A DNA stretch of 64,000 bases from Sphyrna mokarran. Taxonomy: Eukaryota. Below the pieces are notes generated by a model, which saw only the letters and a list, made by a program, of their open reading frames with translations, was not told the DNA's origin and did no database searches. The stretch is taken from the NCBI GenBank assembly GCA_024679065.1, contig JAGIQG010000013.1, positions 35,588,001-35,652,000 on the forward strand, given 5' to 3'. Position numbers and translations under genes: made by a program. Numbering within the stretch: position 1 is the first letter of the stretch; every line of letters begins with the position of its first letter. Shown here in pieces: positions 1-12,824 of this stretch.

Positions 1-229
1 ACAGATTTAATTACATTTTAGTACTTAGTTTGCTACAATGTTCTTTCTAACTAGGGTAGCAATTTACCCAACTTCACACGAGCTGCTCATTCCTTATAAT
101 CTACGGCACTTGACTCCAGCCACTGCCGCTTCCCTTATCTTATTGTGTTTTACAACAAATACCTAAATCACATGGGGTTACATACCAGTCAACATGTAAA
201 CACTCAGGTTCATTTCTGGAGGAACTGAT

Positions 230-620
230 TTGAAAAACTAAAAGATTATGTTAAATTGGTCTCCTATTACCAAAAGCATATGCAGAGCACTGGAGAAGGT
301 GCAAAAAAAGAGGATTTATGAAGTTATTTTGGGAAAGGCTGATCAGCTGTGAACTCCTTTCTTGAGACTTAAGAGGCTCGGTGCATGTCTGATGGAAGAC
401 TTTCAAACTATGAAGATACAATGGGTTAGATGTGGAGAAAATGTTTCCACCTATGGGAAAGTCATGATGTCCAAAAGCCATGAATTAAATTTAATCAGTA
501 ATAAATCCAAAAAGGAATTCAGAACAGATGACCTTATTCAAGAAGTGGCTATGAGGAACCATCTATAACATGGAATAACTGAGGTGAATATCACTGATGC
601 ATTTAAAGGGAAATTAATGG
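230..620 (+). mobile_element. Highly degenerate CR1 LINE 3' fragment
   Basis: Decayed CR1 ORF2 C-terminal region (RRLRGxL...FK.MK...RV...FP), as in better-preserved copies in this window. Confidence 0.5.
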
Positions 621-1000
621 TTTTTGAAAGACAGCTGGGAACCAGTGTGAAACAGCAGGACCATGAGAAATCAGTTGCATAGAAGTCTGGGAGAGACAAG
701 TGGTGCTACAGTAGTTAAGAAATGCAAGTGAATGGCAAACTAGCCTGGATTTGGTAAAAGCATGCCAATGTATGTGTTATGAAATCTGTAAGAGATAATA
801 AAACAAAAAGAATTCCCAAACAAGGCTGACAAAATGAATTGAAGGCCAAGAGTTTTAGACTTTTATTGTTACATCAAACCCAAAACGAACATAGAAATGA
901 TGGATTTCAATTTAAGTATTTGATACAACAAAAATGGTCTCAAATACAATCATTTCCATTCGGTATATATGGTAAACTCAGCTAATGAGTCCCACAACAC

Positions 1001-1143
1001 TCCCTAAATGGTCTCAAATTTGGTTTTTAATCCGTAGATCTATAAACATGGACAGGGATCGCTGGTTGAGGTGGGAACATCGGGGTGGCGGTGTGGGCCC
1101 GTTGGGCCAAAGGGCCTGTTTCCCGTGCTGTTTTGTTCTTTGT
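1001..1143 (+). mobile_element. 5'-truncated V-SINE, tail type C
   Basis: Highly similar to 43497-43633 (ctccctaaat..tagatctataaacatggacagggatcgc..gaggtgggaacatcgg..tgttttgttctttgt). Confidence 0.75.
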
Positions 1144-1189
1144 ACATAAGGTAGAAAGAAACAGGAGATTTTGATCGGTTTATGATGTG

Positions 1190-1300
1190 GAGATGCTGGT
1201 GTCGGATTGGGGTGGGCACAGGAAGAAGTCTCACAATACTAGGTTAAAGTCCAACAAATTTATTTGGAATTATAAGTTTTCGGAGCACTGTTCCTTCATA
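1190..1300 (-). mobile_element. Penelope-like element fragment with a truncated hammerhead-type stem
   Basis: aagaagtctcacaatactaggttaaagtccaac..tttatttggaat..ttcggagcactgttccttcat resembles a common shark Penelope terminal repeat as I recall it. The minus strand reads ATGA-AGGAACAGTGCTCC-GAAA but lacks the CTG of CUGAUGA. Confidence 0.55.
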
Positions 1301-4300
1301 ATTAATTTAGATATTATAGAGTAGGAGAGGGAAGTTCATTGGGAAACTAAATGTCAGCATCTCTCCATTGGGCTGAATGGCCTGCTTTGTGTTGTACATA
1401 CTTGAACCATCTATGGTTTTACTGGATGCAGCTCCAAAAGGATTTGGTAAAAGCATGCCAATGTATGTGTTACGAAATCTGTAAGAGATTGGCCTGTAGT
1501 CACTTATAGGAAGAAAGGTAACATAATTAATCCATGGCCTGAATTTTTAAAAAATGGCTGGATATTGCTTCCCGTCATCCAAGGAGTTAGAAGGGAACAT
1601 ATCCCTAATGACCCCTAGTGCTCCTTCACACTCCATTGAGTGTTAAGTTTCCACAGGTGGGACTTGCACCCCTCTCTTGAGAGGAAGCCCCCACCTTGAA
1701 AAATAAGGAAGTGGATAAAATAAAAAATGTAGGCAATCACCTGAGATGAAGTCTGGGCAGCAAAGGCCCAGGTAATCTCATTAGGCTCCAGGATGGAGCT
1801 GGCAGGGAAAGCCTGGGGTTGTTGGGGGAGAGGGGAGATGCATAAAGTGGTGATTGGGTCTGGCAGGTCAGGAAAGAGAGATCTAGAGACCATTAGACCT
1901 TAAAAGTTAGCTCAACTTCAGGAGGGGCTTCAGATGGAAATGCCTCATCCCCCTTCCTGCCCAAGATGTAATGCTCTTGGTTTTCAGCCTTCTCCCACAC
2001 AAGTTCAATCCTCCCTGCAGCCTAGAAATTGAGACTGGGCAATGGCTAATAATTGGAGAAGGAAGTGAATTAGATGATTAGTATCTACCTTGCTGATGGG
2101 TGTTTCAATACCTTCCTTGGATCAGTTAATGATTCAATGTGGGTGACACAGAGGAGTGGTGATGGGGGTAACACGTAGTATTGAGAACTATGGAATGGCC
2201 ATGCACTCAGATGTTCAGTTAGGTGATAATACAACACTGCAAAATATGGTTGGATGTTGAAGATAGTGGTCAAAATGAGAGTTTACAACCGTCGATCAAA
2301 ATAACTAATCATAGCTAAATTCTACTTGTATCTCTAACAGGAGGCAATGCTGCCAGACAATGGGTAGCTGGCAAGCTACAAGAGCTTCATCTGTTCAGGG
2401 TCGGCAGGAAATCAGCTGGTTCCCACACTGAACCAGATGGCAAATCCGGTTTTGGGGATGGTTCGAAGAATAATAGGCCAGAGATCTTCTGGGCTGGCTA
2501 CAGCAAGAAGAGCGGATGCTCTAAGGATCGCTGGGCCTCTCAGCAGCTGGTACAATACACAAAGCATAAGATTCAGCCTCCTTTAAATTTGAATTGTTCA
2601 TTTGGCTGATATATTTTGGAGCTATCATCTGTTTCAGGTGTGTGCCCTGAATGACTAAAAGTTATTTTTACCCAACGTCCTATCTCACACAACCGGTACA
2701 GTTCAGCCATCTTAGATGATGATGTGAAATTTAAAGGGCTACGTTGGTTGTATGTGGGGAGGAAAAAACAGTAGCTGTGAGTTGAATTCTCTTCTTGATG
2801 TTCCTGGAAATGATCGAGAAAGTAATGAAAACTATACAGTACAAAATGATAATTAGTTTAATCTCGACTATGAATTCTAACCTATTATAACAATGTTGAC
2901 AAATTAAAAACAAAATTATATCTCACTAAACTGAAGCTCAATCTCTCATCGGATAATTTTAAACTATATTTCATTCCCGAGTTCAATGATTTATATGAAG
3001 GCTGGGAGCAGATTTGTTTAATCTTACCAACTTACTTTGCTTGTCCTGTAATTCTGGCTTAATCATCAAACTTTTGTGTGGATTTATGGAATATACACTT
3101 CTGTGTACATATTTAAAATTCACAAACGGATATTTTTCTGGGATGACAGAAAGGTCACCTCTTGGGTTCAACACTTGCCATCCACATCCCTACAGAGCTG
3201 GTGTCTAAATATTGTGCAGCCTTTAATCAAGTGGTAAATTTTCTCAACAATGTTTACACTGGCAACTGAACTTGTATTTAGCATTGCATTCGTAATGGCA
3301 TAAAGTGTTATGTGTAAATAAGGCTGCAGAGTTGCTCAATAAAGCATTTTAAAAGATATGCTAGTAGATTTCCTCTGATGTTCCTCACAGATCATCAAGG
3401 TTATGGAGCTGAGAATGGAGCAAACAAGTGGGGAGAAAGATACCACTGGTAAGTACAACAGAGGAAAACAGCAAGATAATGAATTGCAGCCTATTCCCAG
3501 GCAGAATCTCAGTTGTTGCTGCTGATGCTGCCTACTACAGGGGAGAACAAGAAGAGGTGGCAGCAAAACAAAAGGGCTTAACAGAGGCTGAGAGCCAAGG
3601 AGCAAGCAGGAAGCTGACTGGTATTATGTTGCTATGGTAATTTGATTAGCTTGCAGTATCACACCTAACATGGAAAAGTCAGCAATATTACGAGCTCATT
3701 GATATACTGGCATGTTACAACAATCTGCAGGCATGAGGTATTTATTATCATAAAATGATACAGGTTAACAGATGTCATTCATCCTATTGCATTTGTGCCA
3801 CCTCCTTGGCAGACCTTTCCAATTCAACTTACCTCCACTTTTTCCAGTACCTGTCGTTTGTTTCCCTTTTAAACATGTACAGAATCCTATTATCTATAAG
3901 TGCTTCTATCATTCTTTTGCCAATTACCTATAATTTGTGCCTTCTTACTAATCCTCCAGTAATAGTTTTTCTCTAATCTTTTCTCTAATCTAATTCTGAT
4001 CTTTCAGACATCCCTGATAGGGTTGCAAAACCTCTCGAGAGGTCCCTCAGAATCGGCTTCATTCTCCCAATGGCCAAATAAAGCATTGTCAGCCATCCAC
4101 CAGCCAATCACAGTCTGGACTTGGGTACCACCAGACTTTTCCTAAGTCAGGAATCTACTCGTCCACCAATTGAAAAGCTACATTGGCAGAGCCACTTGAT
4201 GGAAACATCCAATATGGCCTCCACACCAAGTGATCAGTGCTCCAATCAGTTGAAACATTGTCCACTTGGGCTGCAGATCTGTAGGAAAGGGCACTGATTA

Positions 4301-4639
4301 TGAGCCAAGGTTAGGCTTAGCTGAGACTGCATAGATGTTGATGTAGTGAGCAATTAGTGTTATTAATTAGTGTTGGCTAAATTGGTGGTAATCGGGTAGA
4401 TTGGATGCACTACGGATTTGCATACCCTCAGAGTAAGTGGCAGGGAGTGGAATTGTTCCAACTAAATTGTGGAATATAGTGGAGACAGGTTCATTCCCTC
4501 TCACTCAGCATCGCAGGCTTTTTCTCTAGCTTCAAATGCTCGTACTACACCACTGGTATTTCATGACATCACTTCTGCTAGCTTCCCAGGAATTCACTTC
4601 CACATGTCCCATAAGACGACAAGCCATAGTTGGTGATGC

Positions 4640-5190
4640 TAATGTCTGATTTTAAGTGCTCCATCATCGGTGGCTATGGCCTTTAGCTATCCTTAGTTCT
4701 GGAAGGGAAGATGATGGCCTAGTGGTATTATCAGTAGATTATTAATCTGGAAAGTCAGATAATGTTCTAGGGACCTGGATTCAAATCCCACCATGCTAGA
4801 TGGTGGACTTTGAATTCAATAAAAAAAAAAAATCTGGAATTAAGAATCTATTCATGACCATGAAACCATTGTTGATTGTTGTGAAAACCCATCTGGTTCA
4901 CTAATATCCTTTAGTGTAAAAAATCTGCCATCCTTAGCTTGTCTGGCCTACATGTGACTCCAGAGTCACAGCAATGTGGTTGATTCTCAACAGCCCTTGG
5001 GCAAATAGGGATGGGCAATAAATGCTGGCCAGGCAGCAATGCCCATGTCCCACAAATGAAAGAGAAATCCTTTTTAAAGCTTACCTCTTTGACCAAGCTT
5101 TTGGCTATCTTTTTATTTGACTTGGTGCCAAATTTTGCTTCATAAAGTTCCTGTGAAATGCCATTAATTTCATTAAAGTTGTTGTTGTAC
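4640..5190 (+). mobile_element. L2 LINE 3' end interrupted by a tRNA-derived SINE (about 4703-5060)
   Basis: L2-like ctccatcatcggtggctatggcctttagct ... acctctttgaccaagcttttgg flanks a SINE. The SINE has A/B boxes (tggcctagtgg; gattcaaatcc) and the tail gggcaataaatgctggcc...gcccatgtcccacaaatgaa. Confidence 0.65.
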
Positions 5191-6029
5191 CTTGTAGCCA
5201 GGAATATTAAATTCCCTTTTCCCCTTCTTCTAATCTAGGTATTTGCTATTACCACTATGTCTAAGCCCCAGGGAGCAACTTGCAATTGAGCCTGCAATTC
5301 ACTAAGTTTATTTACTACACACCATGCACCTGTCTACAAGCACATCCAACCCATCTCTGATGGCTCTGCATTTGCTGTCACCACAAAACTGAATGGAAAA
5401 CAGCCTTAGCTCCTATCTAAACTGATGCACGTGCATTGAATAAAACTGACATAAAACAAATTTATCATCGTAACACTGATGCATTTGTGAATTAAGTAGT
5501 ACTTGTCGGGTCCAGTCACTAAATTACAGGTTGCAGTAATCCACACCAACTTGCAAAGAATAGAACAAATCCATCATGGTTTAATCCATATTTCTTTCCA
5601 GGTAATTAGTAGTCTTTGTCAATTAAGTTATCCGCCAGCAATACTTTTGATGAGGACAATCTCTGGCACGTGCCTGGAGCACTGAAAACCTGAAAAGTCG
5701 ATGTCAGGAATTCCAAAATATCAGAGACATATTGATAATAGCAAATACCTCGGCTTAAAGCAGAGGAAGGAGGACCTTAACATTCCTATCTACAAGGTAG
5801 AGCAACAATGTGTATTCCATACAAGTGACAGAGGTCTTGGCAATGACACAGGCTGAAAAGTCAGCAAAAGAAGAAATATGCATGAAGCTTAGTTGCTGCC
5901 ATTTACATAAAACCTTTATGGGAGTAAATGTTGAGCAGTTCATATTTCGGGCACAGACATGGTCCGAGATTCTCCAGCCTACCAGGTGTATGTTTCCCGC
6001 TGTCAGGAGGTTGCACGTTGTTTGCTAGC

Positions 6030-6133
6030 AGTGGGATTCTCTGGTCCCACCACTGCCAATCAGAATTCCCAGTGATGTTACTCCACACCGGCGGGAACTG
6101 GTGGTGGAACCGGAAAATCAGAGAATTCCGGCC
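6030..6133. mobile_element. Small MITE-like element
   Basis: Terminal inverted sequences gggattctctggtccc ... gaaccggaaaatcagagaattccggcc; same style as 12620-12730. Confidence 0.45.
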
Positions 6134-6463
6134 ATGCGGTTCAGAGTCATATTAGCAATTCCTGTTGGCCTGTAATGGTTACATTCATTCCAATATAGTC
6201 ACAATTTTAACCCCAGATGAACTGGATGGTAACAGCCTTTTCAAAGGCAAATGTTCATTAGGATTGCAAGCTAGATATGTTTTTGAAAAACATAAGAAGT
6301 GAAACTTTGTTGAAAGCTATTATCAGTTAATTGTGGGATTAAAAACATATTTCCATACAGTACAAATTCAATGGTTAAAAACCGGTTAACATTCTTATTA
6401 CTCTGAAGTAGGGTTTAAATCACCTCTCCTTATCTAAGTTACAACACCTAAAAAGTTTTTTTT

Positions 6464-6742
6464 AGTTTATTTATCAGTGTCACAAGTAGGCTTATATTAA
6501 CACCGCAATGAATTTATTGTGAAAATCCCCGGTCATCACATCTGACGCCTGTTTAGTTACACTGAGGGATAATTTAGCGTAGCCAATGCACCAAACATGT
6601 CTTTCAGACTGTGGGAGGAAATCGGAGCACCCAAAGGAAACCCACGTGGATACGGGAGAAGGTGCAGACACTGCATAGGCTGCAACCTAAGCTGGGAATC
6701 GAACCCGGGTCTCTGGCACTGTGAGGCAGCAGTGCCCTGCCA
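6464..6742 (-). mobile_element. HE1-like V-SINE, tail type B
   Basis: V-domain (gactgtgggaggaaatcggagcaccc..aaacccac), tRNA B-box (gggaatcgaacccggg), tail rc agtttatttatcagtgtcacaagtaggctta. Confidence 0.85.
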
Positions 6743-7249
6743 TTGAATAATTCAATTTATCTAGATTAAAAACGATGGCTCTCTTCTATTATAGTCATGG
6801 TGATAAAGAGTGCACTCACATCGTGAACTCTGTGCAAACTGTTATATTTTTCAATGAGATTTTAACTTATTCAAACATAATCTGCACAAACCCAATTAAA
6901 AAAAAGTTTTTAATTTCATATTTTGGAGGTAAATCAAAGACAGGAAGTCATTTAAATAAGTTGCAGTATCAAATCTGAATTATTTGGTTGACCACATTCA
7001 AATCATTTTGAACACTAATCATTGAAATTATCAAGCAGATTGTTTGCAGTGGACATTAGTTGCCAGCATTCCTGAGCTTCTACCTGAACCAGATGCTGCC
7101 AAATTTGTCACTAACCAACTTGTCAGTATACCAAGACACTTGATACAGAACAAATTGGGTTTCTGATCTCACTTTTGTCTCCTTCACAATGCTGCTGGTA
7201 ATGAAAATGCTGAATTTGGGGGCAGCACCTCAGCCTACCACTTGAGATT

Positions 7250-8332
7250 GCAGCACATAATTGGTAAATGCACAAAAAAGCTAGGTGTAAGGAGGACACA
7301 AAGGGGTTGCAGAGAGATATAGATAGGATAAGTGAGTGGGGAAAAAAGTGGCAGATGGAGCATAACGTGGGGAAGGGTGCAGTTATACACTTTGGATGTA
7401 AGAATGGAAAAGCAGACTTTTTTTTAAAATGGAACTTGTAAACGACAGCCAGAGGGATTTGGGTGTACTTGTACAAAGAACACAAATTTAGCAGGCAGGT
7501 ACTGCAAGTGATTTGGAAGGCAAATGAAATGTTAGTCTTTATTGCAATAGGATTCGAATACACAAATAAGGAAATCTTGCTTCAGTCATATCTACATCAT
7601 TGAGACCATATCTTGAATATTGTGTGCAGTTTTGGTTCCTACATTTAAGGAAGGATATGCTTGCGTTGGAACACTTTAACAAAAGTTCACTGGATTGGTT
7701 CCTGAGATGAGAATTGTTCTCTGAAATTTAAGAAAATGAAAGGTGATTTTATTGAAACAAGAGAGATTGTTTCCAAAAGCTGGGGAATCTAGTCCACAGA
7801 GGCACAGTCAGAGGGTTGCATGTTTGTGGAATTTTCTACCGCAAAGGTTGTGGATTTTGCATTGTTTAAAGTTTAGTTTAAGCTTTATGTATTAGTGTCA
7901 CAAGTAGGCTTACATTAACACTGCAATAAAGTTACAGTGAAAATCCCCTAGTTACCACCTGTTTGGGCACACCGAGGGAGAATTTAGCATGGCCAATGTA
8001 CTAACCAGCACATCTTTCAGATTGTGGGAGGAAACTGAAGCACCCAGAGGAAATCCATACAGGCACAGGGAGAATGTGCAGATTCCACACAGACAGTGAC
8101 CCAAGCCAAGAATCAAACTCAGGTCCCTGGCACTGAGAGACAGGAGTGATAACAACTGTGCTGCTTAATACTTGCAGAGTTGAGATAGGCAGATTTTTGG
8201 TCTTTTAGTGAATTAAGGGATGGGGGAAATGGGTGGGAGATGAGAGTTGAGGCTGAAGATCAGCCATGATCATATTGAATGGCGGAGCAAGCTCAGGGAG
8301 ACTGTGTGGTCTTTTCTTCCTTTTTCTTATGT
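7250..8332 (+). mobile_element. CR1 LINE 3' fragment with a nested minus-strand V-SINE (about 7870-8165)
   Basis: Decayed CR1 RT C-terminus and 3' UTR (gatcagccatgatcatattgaatggcggagcaagctc...ttcttatg). A type-B V-SINE is inserted inside. Confidence 0.85.
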
Positions 8333-8734
8333 AAAATGGAACTCCCCAACTGGAGGAAGAGGCACTCTCCCAATAACACAGTTATTTTTGTTTTGCATTG
8401 AGCAGTACACACTATTCTCAGTCATCAGGAATGGGCCAGGGGTCAGTAACAAAGTGAATAGCAATGCTCAGACATACACAGTTATTTGTTTGTTGGCCTG
8501 CTGCTGTGAAATCGAGCACACAGCATAAAAGGAATGGATTTGACTGCAGTGGCAGCCTTGGGTCATAATTCCAACAAAGCTGTTTTACAATATAAAGAGG
8601 ATAGTCTTCCTCAACTATATTCGGCATATGCATCTGATGTCAGCAGGGGAGTAGTTGTAAATCAACAACAGTAACTTTATCATAGTGCAACATAACTGAC
8701 TATTTTAAATGTGTTAGTGCATTTTAATTAAGTA

Positions 8735-9200
8735 AGAATTAGGAGGAAAAGGCCATAGAGCCTCTTAAATCTCCTTTGCCATTCCACAACACTGTGGCTG
8801 ATCTTTTGGCCTCAACTCCACTCTCCTATTCAATTCCAAAAAATATAAATTGTCCTTAAAACATACTCAATGACTCAGCATCCAGTGCCCTCTCTGAGAC
8901 TGGCCATTTTAAAGATCCACAAACTTGAGTGAAAAAATTCTTTGTCTCTGTCTTAAATGATTTTATCTTATCCCGATACTGAGATACTGTTTCCTCAAGT
9001 TGGAATGTCTAGAATACTTCTCCCAACATTTACAAAGAACAAAGTACAGCACAAGCTTGTGCCAGCCATGATGCCCAACTAAACAACAACTTGCCCTTCA
9101 CTTGATCCATGTTCCTCTATTCCCTCCCTATTCATGAACGCATCTTGAAGCCTCTTAAATGTTGCTAATGTGCTTGTGTCTATCACCTCCTCGGGAACTT
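8735..9200 (-). mobile_element. Two short CR1 3'-end fragments
   Basis: taagaattaggagg..ggccat..gccattc..gtggctgatc and acaaagaacaaagtacagcac.. are reverse-complemented CR1 3' termini. Confidence 0.55.
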
Positions 9201-9782
9201 AGTATACCAAGTCCCTTCAGAACTTCCTGTTTTGGGAGGCTGATGGAAGCAGGAGATATGCAATTTCCTGGCTTGTTTGCCGATTTGCAGGCACCATCCT
9301 GCCTCAGAGTTAATTTTAGCAAGGCAATAAGCCAGTTGAGATAAGCCCCTTTCCTGCACGGACTGGAATTTTACAGTTGGCAGGAGAACCCCAGGCAGCA
9401 GCTGAAGCACAGCCAGGTAAACAAGGTGGCCTTCTGGCAATAGATACAGTAGACCATGTTTCACCCCAACTAATCAGGTTAGGTTGATTGGCTTTTAGGC
9501 TCTCTGTTCACAGGAGCGTTACCACAGCTACTGATCTGTTCAATCAACTCTCACCATCTTTGATGCCTTAGAGCCCTTAAAATAATGACCATGCCAAATT
9601 GAACTGGTAAAGCAGACAAATGATATAGCCATTCATTGCCAGATCTGGTTGGACCACATGGAACATTATCAGATCCCACTCGTGACTACTAAAACTGCTC
9701 ATTATTCTCAGATTAACCTAGAATGCATAACTTTAACCCCCATTTTCTGTTCCCGACTGCAAATCTACTTCTTAACATGTAT

Positions 9783-10117
9783 GGGTGGCATGGTAGCACA
9801 GTGGTTAGCACTGCTGCTTCACAGCTCCAGAGTCATGGGTTCGATTCCTGTCTCAGGTCACTATGTGGAGTTTGCACATTCTCCTCATGTCTACATGGGT
9901 ATCCTCTGGTTTCCTCCCATAGTCCAAAGATGTGCAGGTTAGGTTGATTGGCCACTGTAATAAATTGCCCCTTAGTATCCAGGGATGTGTAGGTTAGAGG
10001 GATTAGTGGGTGTAATATGTAGGGATATGAGGGGGTGGGGCCTGGGTGGGATTGTGTTCGGTGCAAACTCGATGGGCTGAAGAGCCTCTTTCTGCACTGT
10101 AGGGTTCTATGATTCTA
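9783..10117 (+). mobile_element. Full-length HE1-like V-SINE, tail type A (CR1-derived)
   Basis: gggtggcatggtagcacagtggttagcactgctgc..gggttcgattcc, V-domain, tail ctgcactgtagggttctatgattcta. Confidence 0.9.
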
Positions 10118-10214
10118 CCTCTGTCCTGCCTTGCTATTGAAATAGCTATTATCAAAGTCACAGTTACATTCAATATGACTGTGATAAAGTTAAACCTTCT
10201 TTTATACACAAGTT

Positions 10215-11840
10215 GTGGTCATCATTGATTAGTCCACATTTATTGTCCATCCCAAATTGTGTGAGAGAGACAGTGGTGGTAAGCTACCGCCTTAAACCAT
10301 ATAGAATAGGCACAGCCATTTTGCTGTCAGGGAGGGAATTCTGGGATTTTGAGCCAGCAATATCAAAGAAACAGGATGGTGCGGTACTTTCAGAGTTCCC
10401 AAAGAGCAACTGCCTTTGCCCTTCTAGTTGGTAGTGGTTATGGAAGGCTCTGCCTAAAGAGGCTTGGTGGGTTTCTGTAGTGCACTTTGTTAATGGCACA
10501 CACTGATACCACTGTTTGTCTGGCTGGAGGCAATGTTTGTAAAAAGGAGTGCCATTCAAACATGCTGCTTTGTCCTGGGTGTTTTCAAGCTTTTGAGTAT
10601 TGATGAAAGGGCACTGACCCAGGCAAGTGGAGAAAATTCCATCACACTCCTGATTTTTCATAGAGTCATACAGCACAGAAACAGGCTTTTTGGACCCACT
10701 AGGTCTATACCAACTATCAAATATCAATTGATGCTAATCCCATTTTCCAGCCCTTGGTCCATAGCCTCATCTAACTGCTTCTTAAATGTTGCCTCCATCA
10801 CCCTGTTAGGGAAAGGTTTTTCTTCAGATCTCCTTTAAACCATTTACTCCTCACTTTAAACCTATGGCCTCTGGACTTGGACACCTCTGCCACGGGAAAA
10901 AGATTCTCATAATCTACCATATCAACATCTCCCCCCTCAGTCTCCTCTGCTCCAGGGAAAACAAACCCAGCCTATCCGGTCTCTCCTCTTGCACCCCTGG
11001 TAACATCCTGCCGAATGTCCTCTGCACCTCCACCACTGCAATCATACCCTTCTAATAGTGTGATAGAACAGCATACAATATTCCATCTGTGGCTTAAGCA
11101 ATGTTTTATAAAGTTGTATCAAGACCTCCCTGCTTCTATATTCTATGCACGAGCTGATGGAAACATTCCATATGCCTTCTTCGTCACCCTACCTACCTCT
11201 GCTGTCACCTTCAGGGTTCTATGGTTTGCACACTAAGGTCCCTTTGATCCTCAATATTTATTAGGGACATTGTGTATATCCTATCTCAATTAGACCTTCA
11301 AAAACGTATCACCTTAGACTTATCAGGATTAAATTCCATCTGCCATTTCTCTGCCCAACTTACCAGCTGATCAATATCAGTCTGTAGCTTAAGAAGATCC
11401 TTTTCACTATCAACAGCATCAGCAATTTTCATGTCATCAGCATGAAATAATTTCATCTTCTACCTTCACATCCTAGTCTTTAATGTATATAACAAACCAC
11501 AAGGGTCACAGCTTCCAATCACAAAAACAACCTTTCACCATCACCCTTTATCTCCTACTTACAAGCCAATTTTGGCCTTGTAGTGGACAAGCTTTAAGGA
11601 ATCAGGAGGCGAGTTACCCACTGCAAGATTCCTAGCCTTTGATTTGTCCTTGTGGCCACAATATTTACATGGCTAGTCCAGTTCAGTTTCTGGTCGACAG
11701 TAACCCCCAAAATGTTAATAGTGGGGGATTCAGTAACGATAATGCCATTGAACATTATGAGGTTATGGTTAGATACTGTCTTGTTGAAGATGATAGTTGC
11801 CTGGCACTTACGGCATGAATGTTACTTGCCACTTTTCAGC
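10215..11840 (-). mobile_element. CR1/L2-clade LINE fragment split by a nested minus-strand CR1 (about 10658-11573)
   Basis: The outer element resumes across the insert (catcacactcctgatt | ggccttgtagtggacaagc) and is homologous in reverse to 12825-13590. The insert starts with a CR1 3' end (catagagtcatacagcacagaaacaggc) and contains reversed ADD codons (gtcatcagc). Confidence 0.75.
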
Positions 11841-11939
11841 CAAACTTTTGTTCTTTATCCTCCTCGATCTGTCTTCAGCCCTTGATATGGTGGTTCATAC
11901 CAACCTCCTCCAATACCTCTCCACTATCAATGGTTAGGT

Positions 11940-12820
11940 GGGCCTGTACTCACCTGGCTTCCTTTATTATATATCTAATCATATTCTGAGACTCCTCATC
12001 CATATCATCTCTTCCCTCTTGCACCATTTTTTTCTGATGATGTAAATGAATAACATATTAGTTTTCACATGTGTGCTAATGACACCCAGCTTTACCTCAT
12101 TGCCAGATCCTCCACAGCTGTTACATTATCAGACTGTTTAACAGAGCAGAAGGTTGCTCCACATATTGGAGAGATTATTGTTTTCATCCCCATTCCAAAC
12201 TTCATGCCCTAGCTACTGACTCCATCCCTCTTCTCCCTGACAACTGTCTGATGTGAACCAGACTATTTACAATCTCTGCATCATATTTGACAAAGATATT
12301 TGACCACATATTTGCACCGTCACTATGACTGCCTATTTGCGCATCCATAGCATTGGTTGACTTTGTCCCTGCCTCAGTTCATCTGCTGTTACAATTATCA
12401 TTCATACTTCAAAACCTGTCTTGATTAATCCAACGCACAGCTGGCTGGTGTCTCACATTCTACCTGTAAAGTTCTGTAAACATGAAGTCATCCAAAACTT
12501 TGTTGCCCATGTCCTAACAATTACCCCCAATCTTGTTGATTTACATTAAGGTGTTTGGTAGGAGCCAATTTTTAAATTCTCATTTGTGTTTTCAAATAAC
12601 TCCATAACTGTGCCCCACTCGATGGATTTTCCAGTCCCTCCAAAGATTTCTGGACTTTTGGCTGCCCTTCAAATTTTCCAAACTCACCTTTGAGGATTCC
12701 CATTGCTGATGGGAGTGGAAAATCCCAGCCTCCCTTCCATTACAATCTCCTGCAACCCTGTAACTTGTCATGATGGATGTGCTTGTTTAATTTTGGTCTC
12801 TTGAGCACCACGATTTTAAA
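11940..12820 (+). mobile_element. Degenerate L2 LINE RT/3' fragment with a small MITE insert (about 12620-12730)
   Basis: tttcacatgtgtgctaatgacacccagctttacctc is a decayed FHMYADDTQLYL, typical of L2. The MITE has ggattttcc/ggaaaatccc termini. Confidence 0.7.
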
Positions 12821-12824
12821 GTCA

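Noticed and set aside
1190-1300. Active hammerhead ribozyme in the Penelope-like fragments (also 24500-24592)
   Set aside because: The catalytic core is incomplete: CUGAUGA is truncated in the first and GAAA is mutated in the second. Other ctgatga hits that I checked had no matching stem and GAAA.
3391-3448. Carbonic anhydrase-like peptide HQGYGAENGANKWGERYH
   Set aside because: Only a short resemblance to the alpha-CA N-terminus. The conserved Trp before GY and the following QSP motif are missing, and no other CA exons are visible.
9783-9860. tRNA genes suggested by A/B boxes
   Set aside because: These are tRNA-derived SINE heads that continue directly into V-domains, repeated about 20 times in the window.
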